64,000 nt of DNA from Chrysomallon squamiferum (lineage: Eukaryota > Animalia > Mollusca): contig CM022671.1 in assembly GCA_012295275.1 (NCBI GenBank), positions 25,172,001 to 25,236,000 of the forward strand. Direction: 5' to 3'. Each line of letters starts with the position of its first letter. Positions within the stretch are counted from its first letter, which is position 1. The translations under genes and the position numbers were made by a program. Below are positions 40,367-54,970 of this stretch, one piece after another. The notes beneath the pieces were generated by a model, which saw only the letters and a program-made list of their open reading frames with translations, was not told where the DNA came from and searched no databases.

Positions 40367-43300
40367 TTAATTAGAATCAGATCCAGCCTCTGACTCATTT
40401 CCAGAAGATGCAGATGAACTTTCTTCTCCCTCATCATTGTGATCCTGCAGGGGAAAAAAAATTACAAATTAAAATAAAGTAAAAATAATAATAAATAAAT
40501 AAATAAATAAATAAAAAAAAATTGGCTGTACCCAGTTTCAGTTGGCAAACATATTTTCTTCAGATGGTGTTTTGTTCTTCCAAAGTGTGGTTTTTGATAA
40601 ATTAAAATATTATTTGTAACAATTCTTAAATTTGAAATATAAATGTAATTGTTAAATAAAAATGTACACACACACACATATATATATAAAAAACGAAATA
40701 AGGTGAAGATTGTTATTTGAATTTTTAAAGATTTTCCACCAGACTCCTGCCTCTAACATTTCTCACCTCAGCTTCACTGCTGCTTTCTTTCTTTTTTTCA
40801 TTTTTTTCTTCTTTCTTTGTCTTCTTTTTGAGGGGTTTATCTTCATCAGACGAGTCTGAGCTGGATATGAACTCTTTGCTTTTGAAGTTCCCACCACTTC
40901 CAATTGTACTGTCGTTGGCTGAACCCTTCTTAGGACTTTTCTTCTTCGGGCTTTTCTGCTTGCTGGAGTTAACAAAGTGACAGTTTATAATAATAACATT
41001 ATGAAATAATATTAAATGATGTAATAATTAAACAAAAAAAAACAAAAAAAATACAAATGACGTATTTCTAACAATAATACAATTACGGTTATATGCAAAC
41101 ACATGCATGTGCACACACACACACATAAACAATATATTTGTTACTCAAACTGTAATAAAAGAATTTAAAAAAAAGAATAATAAATAAAATTTTAAAATTA
41201 TTTTGTCTGAAACATACCTGGATGGTGGTGGAGATTCACTCCCTCTGTTCTTCTTGTATTCTTCCATTGCAATCTGGTATTCCTTCCTTGCCTCTTCTGC
41301 CTGCTTTTCCCATTTCTAGAACAATGTTACAATAAAGAAAGTGCATTACAATATGAATGTTTGAAGACAGATACTTTTTTTTTTTTTTTTTTTTTTAAAT
41401 TAAATAGTAACATTTTAATGACTTCATTTAGATATTTTAAAAAATTAAAGAAGAAAAAAAAAATGTCCTCGTAGTGTTATCATCTCAGTTGATAAATTTT
41501 TAAAGCAAATATTAATATAGGCATGAAGCAGATTTTCAAACCAAATACATCAAAGGATATTTTAGAATTTTTTCATATTTTATAGCGCTGTATTTATCTT
41601 GCCAGTACTCATGTATGGCATAATTAATGAAAATGTTAATTTCATAGATGAGAGAGTTCCTTTTCATAAAACTGTCTGAAAACCATTTGGACTCCATGAT
41701 TAAAGCATGAACCATGCTGAAACTTAAGCTGTAACAACACAGCAGTTTTATATTTTTGGGAACACCAACTGCTGTAATTTTCGGCAACTTTGAGAAAATT
41801 ACATGTAAAATAATGTGTACTGTATTCTGATACTTACCGTCTTATCGTCCACAGTTTTCCACAGTTCACCAGCTTTCTTGGCGACATCTATGAGCCCCAG
41901 GCCCGGATTTTCTTCTTTGATTTTGTTACGATTTTCATTCAACCAGAGGAAGTAAGCAGACTGAGGACGCTTCGGTTGATTGGGATCTTTTTTGGATTTT
42001 TTCCTTTTACCTGAACCTTCATGCTGTGTAAATAAAAAGATTTGTCTATACGAAATGATGACTGCTTCTGGTGGGACACGTTAGGGATGCCACAACTAAC
42101 GGTGGAAAGATTTCAAAAAGGCAATAAAAATGTACATTATTTTTTTAAATGTTTAGAAATACTGACAGGTTCGTCTCTAGAATTAAATAATTAATAACTG
42201 GAAATTTTTATTTTAATTTCACAATGAAAGTAACAATGGTTTTTCCTTTTACATACATAGGATTAGCCAGTGGGTGAAAAAACCAACAGGAGGAATTGTT
42301 TTAATTAACACAATTATTTAAGTGGTTATAACCATGGGCACGTGCTTTGGAGGAATTTATTGCACATTTATCTGACATTCTATTATTAGAAAATCACAGA
42401 ACAGCACAAACCCAAACATTTTTTAGCTTGGCACTCAAGCTGTCTATATAAAGAATTTGCAATTTAGTAATTCTGGAATATTTCAGATTTATGTCATCAT
42501 AAAATTTATGGAGACTCAATCTCAAGTCATCTGTGATTTTTATTTTTTAAAGCAGTTCTGATTCAGCTGAACAGAAATAAATAAATCTTACTGATTTCGA
42601 TTTTGACTTTGACTTTGACTTCGACTTCGATTTCGACTTCTTTTCTTTTCTTTCCTTTTCTCTCTGCTTCTTCTCCAATTTCTGTTCTTTCTTTTCTTCA
42701 TTCTCTGACCCTGATTCAGAAGCAGAGCCACTTTCCTGAGAGCCTGCCGTGTAATCAGAGTCACTGCTTGAAGATGTGGGTGGGTCACTGTCATATCTGA
42801 AAAGCAGTATTTTTTAATACAGATTACAATCAATCAAATGTTTGCAGTTTCAACTGTTTTTATTTCCTTAAATACTAAATATAAAAAACAAATGTGTGTA
42901 GGGATTAACCAAAAATCAGCTGTGTCTGGAGTTGATGAAATACTGGCAAGTTTTCATCTGAAGCTAAAGGCCATAATCTGTCAATTTTTGTGTGATTTGT
43001 AAGTTTACTTCTTTAGATTGTGTGTCAACATCATGGAGACTAATTCTTTCATCAAATCAGAATTCGTAAGAAGTCAAAAAAATGTATTTATCTAGGTATT
43101 TATTATATACTTACTCTTCAGCAACATCACTTCCACTTTCTCCAGGGTTGAATGACACATCTGTGAATTATAAACATTCGATTACATATAACTTTATAAT
43201 ATAAACAATTATATCATTAAAATTATACATTTATTAAAAACCATGCTACATCAAATGTTAAAATAATAATTAAAAGCTTTTTTTCTTACATTGATCTCTC

Positions 43301-46300
43301 AACAAATCATTATTTTTTTAATTAATTATTGAAGTAGAAATTACATTTACAGATACTGTAGAGACATCAGGACCAGTTTAACATTAACCCACTGACTTCA
43401 TTTACAATTATGTATTATTTCTGAACAGTACCTGAACTGTCACTGTCATCATCAAAGTCATCATCTTGTCTGTTTTTGCCTTCATCCTTCATTCTCTCCA
43501 AGTAGGCATCGTGTTCACCCTTATCCTCATCACTGTCGTCCATGTCATCATTGTAATCCTACAATTACACGATTCAGTTAGTCTCAGTGTTTTGACTTAC
43601 TAAATATTTAAAATAATCTCCATAACACTTTTCAATTTAAAAAAAATCTAAGTAAAGTGAAACTTTAACAAAACTCTTATTTATATTAGATTACATTTTT
43701 GAAGATGAAACTCACAATGTAGCTAAAGATAAGTAAAAAGGGTAATTTATATGATCTTCCTACAGAACAGAATGAAAATGATTTTATTTATGATAACAAT
43801 CAAAGGGAGGAAATTGCCTTTGAAGAGTAAGCCTGTTCTCATTAATTATCCTTAATGATCCGAAGTGATATTCTCAACATGACAGGACCAATATATTTTT
43901 GAATTTACCTTTTTGCCTGTTTTTCCACCAATGTTTTTGACTCGTAGCTTCTTATTAGTGATGAAGTCAAATAATTTTCCATATTCATCTCTATAAAATT
44001 TAAATATATTGTAGTCACTTTACAAATACCAGTTATGTAACTAATATAAATAATTAAAATAATTATAAACACACTAAATTTAAATTATATAAACAAATGT
44101 ATTAATATTCATGTAAGTTAAAAATTCTGTTACATCAATGTTTGAAATGTTAAAGTATTGACAATTATAATTAATTATTTTTTAGCTGAGAAAAAAATTC
44201 TGAAAAAGATAAATAATCTTTCAAGTTAAATATTAATCTAATAATTGTTTTAATGTGGTTAATTTGGAATTAATTTATAAAAAAAAATTAAACAACACAA
44301 AACCCTTACCCCATTATTAATTTGGGCAATTTATTAATAAATTACAAAGGTAAGACAGAAAAACAGCTCACTTTTCTAAACCCACAAAGTTATACACAGT
44401 TCCAGATTTGGACTCCACGTCAAAGTCAAATGATCTCGTGTTGCCAGAACTTCGGGCAAAATTCACATATGCTATTTCATCAAATCTTATGTGAATTGGA
44501 GGTTTGTGTACGAAGATGAATCCACGCTCCAGAGGGTACAGCAGTCCTGTAGCAGCTTTGTATGAACAGCTGATGGCTTGAGTATGGGATGCACTGAAAC
44601 AGAAACAGAAATTTCTCTTCTGATTACGATTGCTTTAGAAACTAAATAGACAGTATCAGTTCCAGACTGTAAGAAGGACAATATGAATACTGTAATATTA
44701 AACATTTCAATCAAAATGATATATAATACAGGACTGAATTAACAGAATTTAAGCACATGGATATAGTATTTTGAAATGAAAAAGTAATAATACCCAATAA
44801 AACTTCCTGGTACAGTGATTTTTCTTGTCGTAATGGCTTTAAATATTTTGCTGACAACTTCGTAGTCTGGACCCGACATTTCTTTCTGAAGTTTACCCTC
44901 ATACTTATTCTGAAGATCTTCTCTGAAAAACATAATGTAACTGCCATTAGCTACAGTAAAACGTAAATACATAGCCTTAACATGGTGCCTATTTAATGTT
45001 TTCAAATGAAGTCAATACAATTGGAATAACAAACAAAAACTGTTAATATAATTTTTTCACAGCATGAAAAAATATTCAAACCTTAACAACATAAAAATAA
45101 TTTTTATAAAATTGCTTTTTCAGAATTAAATCTTCAAGTAATAAATTATATTAATTTTTTCCGAAAAGTAAAATTTATTTTATGGGTAGTTTTATGTAAT
45201 TAGAGGATGCCTTTTGGGAGTAGAAGTCTGCAATTGTGGTGGAGAAAAAAAAATTATTTTGTTTTTACAGTGCTGGATGTTATTATTTTTACCCAAAGAA
45301 CCTACTAGATGGTTTTTCAGTTCTAGAATTTTAACTTACTCTGAAAGATTGAGTTCAACTGTCATCTCATCGTCTTTACTGAAGAGCAGAATGAGAAAAT
45401 GGTAGCGAGTCTGACCCTGCTTGATTGGTGGATCCAAACTCACCTAGCAGAAGATAAAACAAAATTCTTTTTTTTTTACATACATTTTAAATAATTACTT
45501 GTAAATACACTAACAGAAAGATTTAAGTTGTACTTAATGATGATGTTAAAATTTTAAAAGTATGTGTCTTTAATCATCTGAGAAAATTTACATCAGAAAA
45601 TGAAAAAATATGAATTAATAAAATGCTAATTAATTTAATGATGGCTGTCGTTATCTGAACATTAAAGAAAGTCTAAAATTCATTTGACCTACTAACTGCA
45701 TACAAAACATTTCAAAATTGATTTAACCCTAGTATAAAACAATTTTAAATGTCTCACAAACGTAACTGTTTTGAGAAAAAGAACTGTAAATGAAATATAA
45801 AAATGGAAATAATTTGACAACACTCACAACAAAAAACATTTGTCTGCCATCTTTGTGTGGGAGAAGAAAAAGTCGCAGAACGGTTGTGTATGGAATTTTG
45901 TAATCAAACGTTTTACCATGAAGCTGCAAAAATGAAGGATATATCTTGATGTCATATCGACCTCTGAAAAATAGAAGAAAAAAAAAACACAATTTTAAAA
46001 TTTATCAATTATAATAACAAGATATTTAATAAGTTATGGTATCAATCCTACGGATTATAAAGTTATAGGAAATGATAATACATTTTTACAGATTGGAAAG
46101 AAAACGAATTTAATTTATATTTTTGTTATAAAATTAAGAGTCCACTTTTTCTAAAACTATAAAAATAAATGAAAAACAGAAATTTAATGTAAGCATTTTC
46201 CTCACCTTGGTGTGAGACACTGTACTTCTTGTAATGTGACAATCGATTCTCCAGTAGCTTGAATGATGTCAGCCTTATCCAAAACATTCTGGTAGAACTC

Positions 46301-48008
46301 CTGTTTATTAGATCATTTTTAATCCATTAACAAAAGTATAATGTAATAAACAACACAAATATGTAATGCTTTAATTCAACATGTAAAAAAACCAATCTCA
46401 TGCAAATTAGAGATAATGGATAGAAGGCCTATCTTCATTAATATTATTTTTATTATTATTATTATGATTATTATTATTATTATTATAAACATCAGATGTT
46501 ATTTTATTATTATTATTTTTTAACAAAAAAATTTATCAAGTATTTTTTACAAAGTTGTATAAGAAATATGTTAAAAATGAACATTACTTGAACAGGATCG
46601 TTATCTGAGTTTGTGTCGGTTGGTATGTGAAATCTGAGTTCAGTCAGTGTAACGGCAGCATCGTCATTTTGGTGAAATTCGATTGTAACTTCATTCTTAG
46701 CCTGTGTTGAATGGGACACGTTGGTCAGTGGTACCTCAAAAGCCAGGGATTTATCCACAAAGAAATGCAAAGCATTTCCTGAATTAACAAAAATTAAAAA
46801 TAAATTCAGATTGGAATCAAGTGTATCTGCTTTGAAAAAGATTTATAAAAACTGAATTAAAGGATAAAGAATTAAAAATGTTTAACCACGAAAATACATA
46901 GTAAACATGGTGCATTATTTCACAAAGTATAAAATGAGCCTCGATTAAAACAAGTTTCAAATTTACAGCAGTCAGTTTTGTATGCTAATAACTAACATAA
47001 TGTAATAATTACATAGTTTGGTTATTTTAAATTGAACAATTATAATATAGATAATCAACAAACCATAAAATTCAGCTGAACCCCAATTCCAGCCTTTGAT
47101 TGACAAATCCACCTTCTCTAAAGATGTTTGGTAATATTTGGAAACAAAGCTAGACAGTTTATCATAATCCTGTGAAAAGAAATGTAAATCAAAATAAATG
47201 AACATAAAAATCAAACATGTATAATTCTAAAAATACAGGATTATATTTGATACAGTAAGTACTGTGCAAGTGTACAAGGAAAGAAAATAAAAAGACAACA
47301 CAAGTAAATGGTACATTTATGTTTACACAGTTAAAATAAGAAATATATAATAACATATTTCTTAGAAATTTTTTTTTACATCTTATATAATTATAAATGC
47401 AGCACCTATTATATAGTATTAAGTATTATAATTAAAAATGTGGAAAGCAGTGTTGAGTGTAGCTAATTTAATTTGGTATGGCATTATCTACAAAGTATAA
47501 ACTCACTGTTTCTTTGAATCCATCATATCGCTGGATTGTGTCATTATTCAAAACAATTTTTAGGCAATATCCTTTGGCTCTTTTTAACCACTGTGCTTTT
47601 TCGATATCACTGGTTTGAAACTGATCAACTTTGCCCGTCTTAATATTTTTGAATATCACGCTGTTACTCTGCAATTTCAATCTTCCTGGATTCTGAAAAG
47701 AAGTTATATTTTCCCTTTATGTTACATATAACTTTATTAACAACATTAAAATTTGATTAAAATATTATTAACTTCATGAATTATTGAATATCTTCAATTA
47801 TCAATATCATTTCTGATTTCAATATGATAAAATTCGGGAACCGAAAAAAAACAATTATATACTAATTCCTATGTTTAGTGAATACCATTAAAACGTTTTA
47901 GGTGACAAATTTATTTCATTTAACGTTTTGAAACAACATTTTATAATTACTAACCAAAGCGCCTCTATATTCCTGTACAACGTCCGCATATTCTTGTACA
48001 TCAGTCAT
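40367..48008 (-). CDS. SSRP1: FACT complex subunit SSRP1, 17 coding exons, 746 aa
   Basis: Exons 48008-47955, 47692-47507, 47169-47064, 46778-46588, 46300-46206, 45963-45828, 45443-45340, 44922-44794, 44593-44372, 43990-43909, 43558-43432, 43160-43115, 42796-42592, 42023-41838, 41315-41218, 40962-40767, 40444-40367 (2241 nt, phases consistent). Motifs [72 protein letters not shown], acidic tract, HMG box [25 protein letters not shown]. Confidence 0.97.
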
Positions 48009-48032
48009 TTTAGTGCATGAAACCCATCAAAT

Positions 48033-48060
48033 ATGGCGGGAAACAACTGTGAGATTGGTT
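48033..48060 (-). promoter_or_regulatory. candidate E2F/YY1 composite site plus CCAAT box just upstream of the SSRP1 ATG
   Basis: The minus strand reads AACCAATC...TTTCCCGCCAT, 25-52 nt upstream of the start codon. The same stretch could instead be a 3' splice site (ctcacag). Confidence 0.4.
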
Positions 48061-49392
48061 GAAAAAATATATATATATATTTATATCAGCAGTAATTGTT
48101 TTCAATTAAGTGTGATAACAGTTTATTTTATGATAATATTTTACTGTTTCATTTTTAAAAAAGAAAGGTGCGAAAAAAAAATCATTTAATAATCTTGGCA
48201 TTTCCACATTCATTGCCTAAAAAACCCATTTATGATATATTCTAAAAAGTACTGTTGATATAGGAAAAAAATAATTTAAAAAGGAAAAATATGTATTATT
48301 ATTGTTTACTGAAACTACTTACATATATGATCCTTGCTTAAATTTGAGCTTACTGAAAAAATGTATCATATATTCACGGTCCATATAGATCTAGCATTAT
48401 GTACGTATATGGTTAAATGAATGAAATTTTAAGATATCTTTAAATACATTATATAATAAATTATTTCAAAGTTTTATTTGTATCTCCTGATTAACTTTAA
48501 CTAATAGTAAAATCGCTGTAGTTGTGAAGTCATTTCATATATTAAAGTTTAATTAGCTCTATTAATTTCTTTGTTTTATTGTTTTATTCTCTATGGACAA
48601 AATATTAATGTACAATGTACAAGATGTTCAAGGCTCTTTCATAGGAATGACAGCCATATATCAATGGAAAAAGTACAATTATTTATTAAATAGAGAATAA
48701 TTTACTAAATGAGGTTAGAAATGTATTTATACATGTAAAAACTGCATATTTATCGACTGATAATTTTCAAGTCTTTAGCTGATGCGTCTATGAAAATACA
48801 ATCCACAGTCTGGCCCATCATGTTTCTTTTCTTTCCATAGTTAATAATAAATAACACACACGTATTCTAGACAATTTTTGGCAATTTTATTCATATATTA
48901 ATTAAGACATTAAATAATCAATAATAATAATAACAACAACAATAACAGTAATAATAATAAACGTGAGAGAATCAAAGAGAAATCATCAGTAGTTGTTTAC
49001 CTAGTAATAGCAGCATCCAACAATAAAATACTGATTGACTGGGCAAGAGGTCGTCAGAAATGTTTACTCTTTATTATCAAAAGCGTAGCATTATCAAGAG
49101 AAACGTTTTGTCTGAAATCGTGAAAATGTAAACAGTGTTTGCGAAAAATAAAAGGTAAGGGATAGTTATTAAAAAAATGTAATCTGTAGTATATGTTCGT
49201 GTTTTTTTTAATATAAGGAAATTTCGGATACGTATATTGAAATGTGACATCGTTAGATTCAGTAGATATCATAATCACAGCTTGGCACTATTAACAAAGG
49301 AAGATTTATTTAGAACTTGAAGAGACCGAAGACAGATGTAGCTGGTAACATGGTAATTAACATTTGAAGGGACACTACTCTTGTATCACTTT

Positions 49393-49428
<36 letters not shown>

Positions 49429-52400
49429 AGTTAGTCGTTTATATATTTTAAAGTGATGCATTAAAAATAATAATACTAATAATAATAATAATATTTAATA
49501 ATAATAATAATGGGAATGTAAATAGAAACTTATTATTATTATTTATTTATTTATTTACTTTTCTTCAAAAGTAATCGTTTGTACAAAAGCAAGACAGTCC
49601 TGGATCCAGCAACTGATCAAGTTATTACAAACGAAGGCATAACGAATTGTTGTGAATGAGTTTAAAGTTTTTAAAGTATTTTGAAGAAAACTTAGAGGAA
49701 AAAAGCGTTATATAATAATAATAATAATAAAAGAAAAAAAGAAAATCACACTTCACAAAATTTAATTTTAACAAAAAAACGCCCAAAACAAAACAAGAAA
49801 TGAGAAAACAGCAATTACTGAATTAGCAAATAAATTAAATATAACAACAACAAAAAGAAATCTAAATCTTAAAAGTTGTTTCTGTATTTATTTCAGGTGT
49901 ATTTCATCATCTTCATTATTTTGCAGCTGAAACTTGAAAGAAAATTTTGTCTGTTACATTTAATTATTAATACAGAGGATTCATGTTGATGTTATTTGCT
50001 TTTGGATAAAAAGAGGAGAAATTAAAAAAATTAATTAATTTTATAATGACATTGATTTTAAGTTTTTTTCATTACACATGATAGGAAGCAATCCCTTTAA
50101 ATATAATTTTTAATTTATTTTTAATTTTATTTTTTGTTACATTACCTTTTTATTTGAAGATAATAGTTTAAAAAATCAAAGTATGTTTAAAAAGCGTGAG
50201 AATTCTGTCACTATCATTTTTTCCTTTTTACATTTTCAGTGTTAAAAAAAAGAAAAAGAAAGAAAAAGGTAAATTATATTTCTTTTTTATCTGAAGATCA
50301 TTGTACATAATCATAGATACACTGTAACTGAATATAGGCTGTGTATTTTCAAAAAGATACTTTAGATTTAAATATAGAACTGTTGTACACATTATACATA
50401 TATCCTGTTTTGTTATCTATGAAGTGAATAGATTTTATTCTACTGAGTAATAAATTACTTATCAATTTCACTCAAAGTATCTGTAAATATTATAGACAAG
50501 AGAACTGCATGACTAGAAAATGTATTTTAACTGTCTCCAGGTTATTTTATTTTTAGGCTGCTTATAAATAAAATGGTAGGTTACCAACACACTGAAATGT
50601 TTATTATCAACACTGACCCACATGGTTAAAATATAGATCCACAACATTTTTTTAATTTTTGACAGAGTATTTGACCAAGCCTAAGTAAATTTGTATTTAG
50701 TTTTTTCATTACATGCTAGTCGTTGCTGTATAAAACACTCAGAAATTCTAAAGCAGGATGGTCAAAGAATTTATTGTTGTTTTCTTTTGGCCAGTTTTCC
50801 AAAATTAAAATGAGGTGCTTATCTGGAAATATGTTTGTTAAATATGTCTAAACCATAGACTTAAAAATATTATAGATTTAGTGATGCACATGCTCTGTAT
50901 TTCATACTGAATGGTAGTTGGTCAATTCACTGCTTCAAAGAATTTATGTTTCCAACATTAATTACTGAGGTTTATCAATGTTCAGATATATGTGTAATAA
51001 CAGATTTTATTTCAATTTGCTGAAAAGTCTTATTATTGCCATGGTTATTGTGACAGTATTAAAAGAGGTCAAATAAGCAAAACTGAACAGGGATAATGTA
51101 AAATAGAGGCACCATGATTTCTTTTGTGGTCTGTTTCAATAACACATGTTACTCGACTATTATTGTATTGTATGTATATATTGAATATATGCTTCATGTA
51201 CATCGAATGTGTGCTTATACTAAGTTGTCTGAGAGTCGATTAAAAAAAAAAATATTGTTTCATTGTCGTTGTTGGTTTTTTTTAAATGACACATTTTAGT
51301 TTACCTCAGTCATGAATATTAGGTATGAACTGTAAATTAAACTGTATCATTCACTATTTATGAAAGTGCTAGTAATAACATTTAGTATTTTGCCGAATCT
51401 GTGGACACAGCATTTGATGCAGTTTATTAAATCATTCAACCATTTGAAATACATTGTATCAAGTCTGTATTATTTTGACTGAGTCTAAGAGAAAAGAAAA
51501 TCTATAATTGTCTTGTTATAGTATTATATCATTTTAATTTGCTGATATTGTGATCCTAAGACAAGATACTTAATTTTTTCATTAGTCTAGGCTTCACAGG
51601 GTATTTAAAAAAAAAAAAAAAAAAATATTCTTTTCACATTTATTGATTTAAATATAAACATTTTATTCTTTTCAAGCTTAAGCATTTTTATTTATTAATT
51701 TTGTCATGAAAAACAGATATGGACCTATATAAATAAATAATAGCTACATAACAACAATGAAAGATGAATAAAATAAATATTTAAAAATAAAAATGAAATG
51801 TTTAGGGTGATTTGATGACAATATAAAGATCAGTTTTATAAACAGGACAGCCCATACCAAAGCAGTGAAGACTGAGGTTGGGAAATAAATAAAATAAAAC
51901 TGGCCAGCCTGTTGAAAAATGGTCACCTCAGACACCTAGGATGGGTGTTTCGAGAACCGAGTTGTTTTCTCATCTCTCTCTGTCATCTTTGTTTAGCAGG
52001 GGACACAGAAAGAATGAACTTTTTTGTCTTCATGTACATATAACTTAGTGTTGTGTTTGTCTGATCAATACTAAGGGAGGAAGCATGCTTAACATGTTCT
52101 GTAAGTTTCACTGTAAATGTTTAACTCTTTACATTGACAATGACATGCTCAAATCTGATAGATTCACTGACTTAAAAAAAAAAAAAAAAAAAGGAAAAAA
52201 AAAAGTTTTTTTTATTTTCATTTGAGGTCAGTTTAAATGTCATTGAGGAAATAGACAACATATCCATACAGATTCACAAACTTCAAAAAAAAAAAAAAAA
52301 AAAAAAAAAAGGAATTAAATTTTTTTCCCTCCATTGTTGAGGTTATTTTTAAAGCCATCGAGGAAGCAGACATAGCCATTGGGATGTTTCGTTCATGCAT

Positions 52401-52880
52401 TTTATGTGAACTTGTAGAAACAAAATTCTCTTGAATTTTTGTTGTTAAAGTTTACCTTTGATAAAACAAATGTAAATATAAGCTTTATACAAATGTCGTA
52501 ATTTTATATTTTATAAAAATATAAAATGTAATAAAAATATTACAGATATGGAAATGTTTTCACTATTTCTGTTTTTCAAGAGTAACTGATACAGCTCTCA
52601 GTCAGGTATTATTAGCTGTAGGCTAACAGTGGTGTAAAAACTCTAACACTGTCTAACATTTCAGTCAACAGATGAAATGCAACAGTTAAAGAAAAACAAG
52701 AAAAAAGAGAGAAAGAAATAAAGAAGCAAAACACGTTTATTGTTCCCTTTTTAAAGTAAAACAATTCCAATATATATTTTTGTGTGAAATACATCTATAC
52801 ATATAATTTTAATAAATTATGAAATAAATAAAATGGAATGAGATAAATTTATATAAAACAAAGATGAATACAATAAAAAA

Positions 52881-52925
<45 letters not shown>

Positions 52926-54529
52926 TAATAAAAAATAAAAATAAAACAAATGTATTTTGTTTGGGATTTTTTGTTGTTGTTTTTTTTTGCTTTTTCTCTT
53001 ATCTTGTTATGAAAACACATACATATGTTACTAAAAATAAGAGAGAGAATTTTTTTATTTTCTTTTTTTATTACATAGTGATTGACTCTGTTAAGACAGT
53101 CCACAGAAGTCCTGCAGGCTGGTGATAATATAACCCAGAAATTGTTAGTGAAAACACATGTCCCGCTGTCTTGCTAGAAAAGTTTATTCTTTTTATACAG
53201 TAAGTCACCCATGTTTGATCTTGTCTGATGCTAAAATTCTTCACATAGGCAACACGTCTTTGTGGTCCTGTTTAAATTGTTTTGTTTGTGATATTGGGGC
53301 CTGACCATAAATCAATGTTTGACGCTAACTGTTCTTGCCAGCTCAGCCTATAAAATCACACTTGCTATCTCATCGTTAACTAAATGGAGCAGAGAAGGTT
53401 TCCATCTTTTTATGAAAGAATTTCTTGATTTCAGCACCTTCGTATGAAGAATTTCAAACACGATGATTTTCTGTGCGTTTTTCTGTGACTGTCGACTCAG
53501 TTTGTCGACCTTTTGTAATAATGAGAGCGTCTTCATTTTTGTCAAATATGTCTTGTCAGCATTTTTCAAAGATGGAAAGGGAATTTAGGATGCTTCAGGT
53601 TTGAGTAATTTTATTTGATTATATTTTATTTTATTTTATTTTATTTTATTTTCATTAATTTTTTTATTAACTTTTTTTATTTTACTTTATATTTTATTTT
53701 ATATTTTATTATGATTATTATTATATTTTTTTTATTGGCATGTTCAACATTTCATAAAAGACATCTTTTATTTATTTATTTTTATTATTATTTTTTTTTA
53801 TTAAATTGTTTGTACATACTGGTAGATTAAGGTTTTCAGAAATGAGATTGCAGTGGATTTTTATTTAATTATTTATATTAACTTCGTTCACCTGCATGCT
53901 GAATTAGTCTTCAAGGTGACTGTTTTTTTTATGAAGTATATTTTACTTTAAATACAACCTTCGTTTATGTTTTTACAGATATAAACACTGTAAATAATAA
54001 ATTACGTAAAACAAACTCCATATATAACATTATATCAGAGTATATGAGAGAAATGGAGAGGTAACAAAGAAAAGGAATATCCCTTCTGCTTGAATCATTT
54101 CCAGCAGTGTCTTGCTCTGATTAGGAATCAATACTTAGCAGAGGGAATTTGTGTTAGCTTTTTTTCTCTACAGTTGACATGTCGTCATATATGTATGAGT
54201 CACTGTACTGTGGCTACATATTAAAACTTGGACATTAACATTCTACCTGATACTAGGCTGTGTGGAAAACGTGGGCTTGTGTTTGTTCAGAGGAAGCTAG
54301 TGAGTTTATTAGGGATTTCTCACGTTTGTGAATTTTCTGATTTGTTTTGTGTGTTTCATTCAGACAGATATTAGCAGCTGTTTATTATGTTACATATTGA
54401 CGGAATAACTTGAAAACCATCTAATATTGTGTAATTATCTTGAAAAGATAAAAGCAGTTTGTATGTAAAAATGAATTTTTGTGTGAGTAGATTATACTTC
54501 TGTGAAAAGAGGATTAATACTGTTTTAAC

Positions 54530-54970
54530 TTCACTAACAACAGATTAATTTAACAATAAGGTCTGTTACATAATTTATGACATAGACTGATTTGTAGTAT
54601 TTTGTTTTACGTTTCATTCATTCCTTAATATCTGACCGCAACAACAAGCCTGATGACAGTTATAGTCTGTAACAAAACTGATTTTGACAGCCATATCTGT
54701 AACCTAGACTATTTGTTATGTCACTTACATCTGTCACATAAACTAATTTAACACTAACATTTGTAAAGAAACATATTTGTAATGTTAACTAATTTAAGAG
54801 AGATAACGATCTGTTACATAACCTAACTAGACACTGATACATATAACACAAATGTATTTGACAGTAGTCATGTGTGTAACCAAAACTTTGATTTATATTT
54901 ATTATGTGAACCAACTTGATACTCGTATTTGTAACATGAACTGATTTCATTCATATCTGTAACCAAGACC
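54530..54970. repeat. degenerate ~30-bp minisatellite (roughly a dozen units)
   Basis: Recurring unit resembling 'atctgtaacataaactgatttgacactcat', e.g. tctgtaacaaaactgattttgacagccata | tctgtaacctagactatttg | tctgtcacataaactaatttaacac | tctgttacataacctaactagacac | tttgtaacatgaactgatttc. Confidence 0.7.

Noticed and set aside
40763-42833. Arg/Ser-rich ORFs 40763-40975 and 42588-42833
   Set aside because: Wrong-frame readings of SSRP1 exons 16 and 13; splice phases require the other frame.
41650-45600. Possible intronic snoRNAs in SSRP1 (hairpin at ~41729-41776; C/D-like boxes at ~45537-45591)
   Set aside because: No proper H box in the first. The second is antisense to the host gene with no recognisable guide. 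An Infernal/snoscan search would be needed.
54530-54970. Regularly spaced ~30-bp repeats considered as a CRISPR-like array
   Set aside because: Eukaryotic context, degenerate repeats, mutually homologous 'spacers', and no cas genes.
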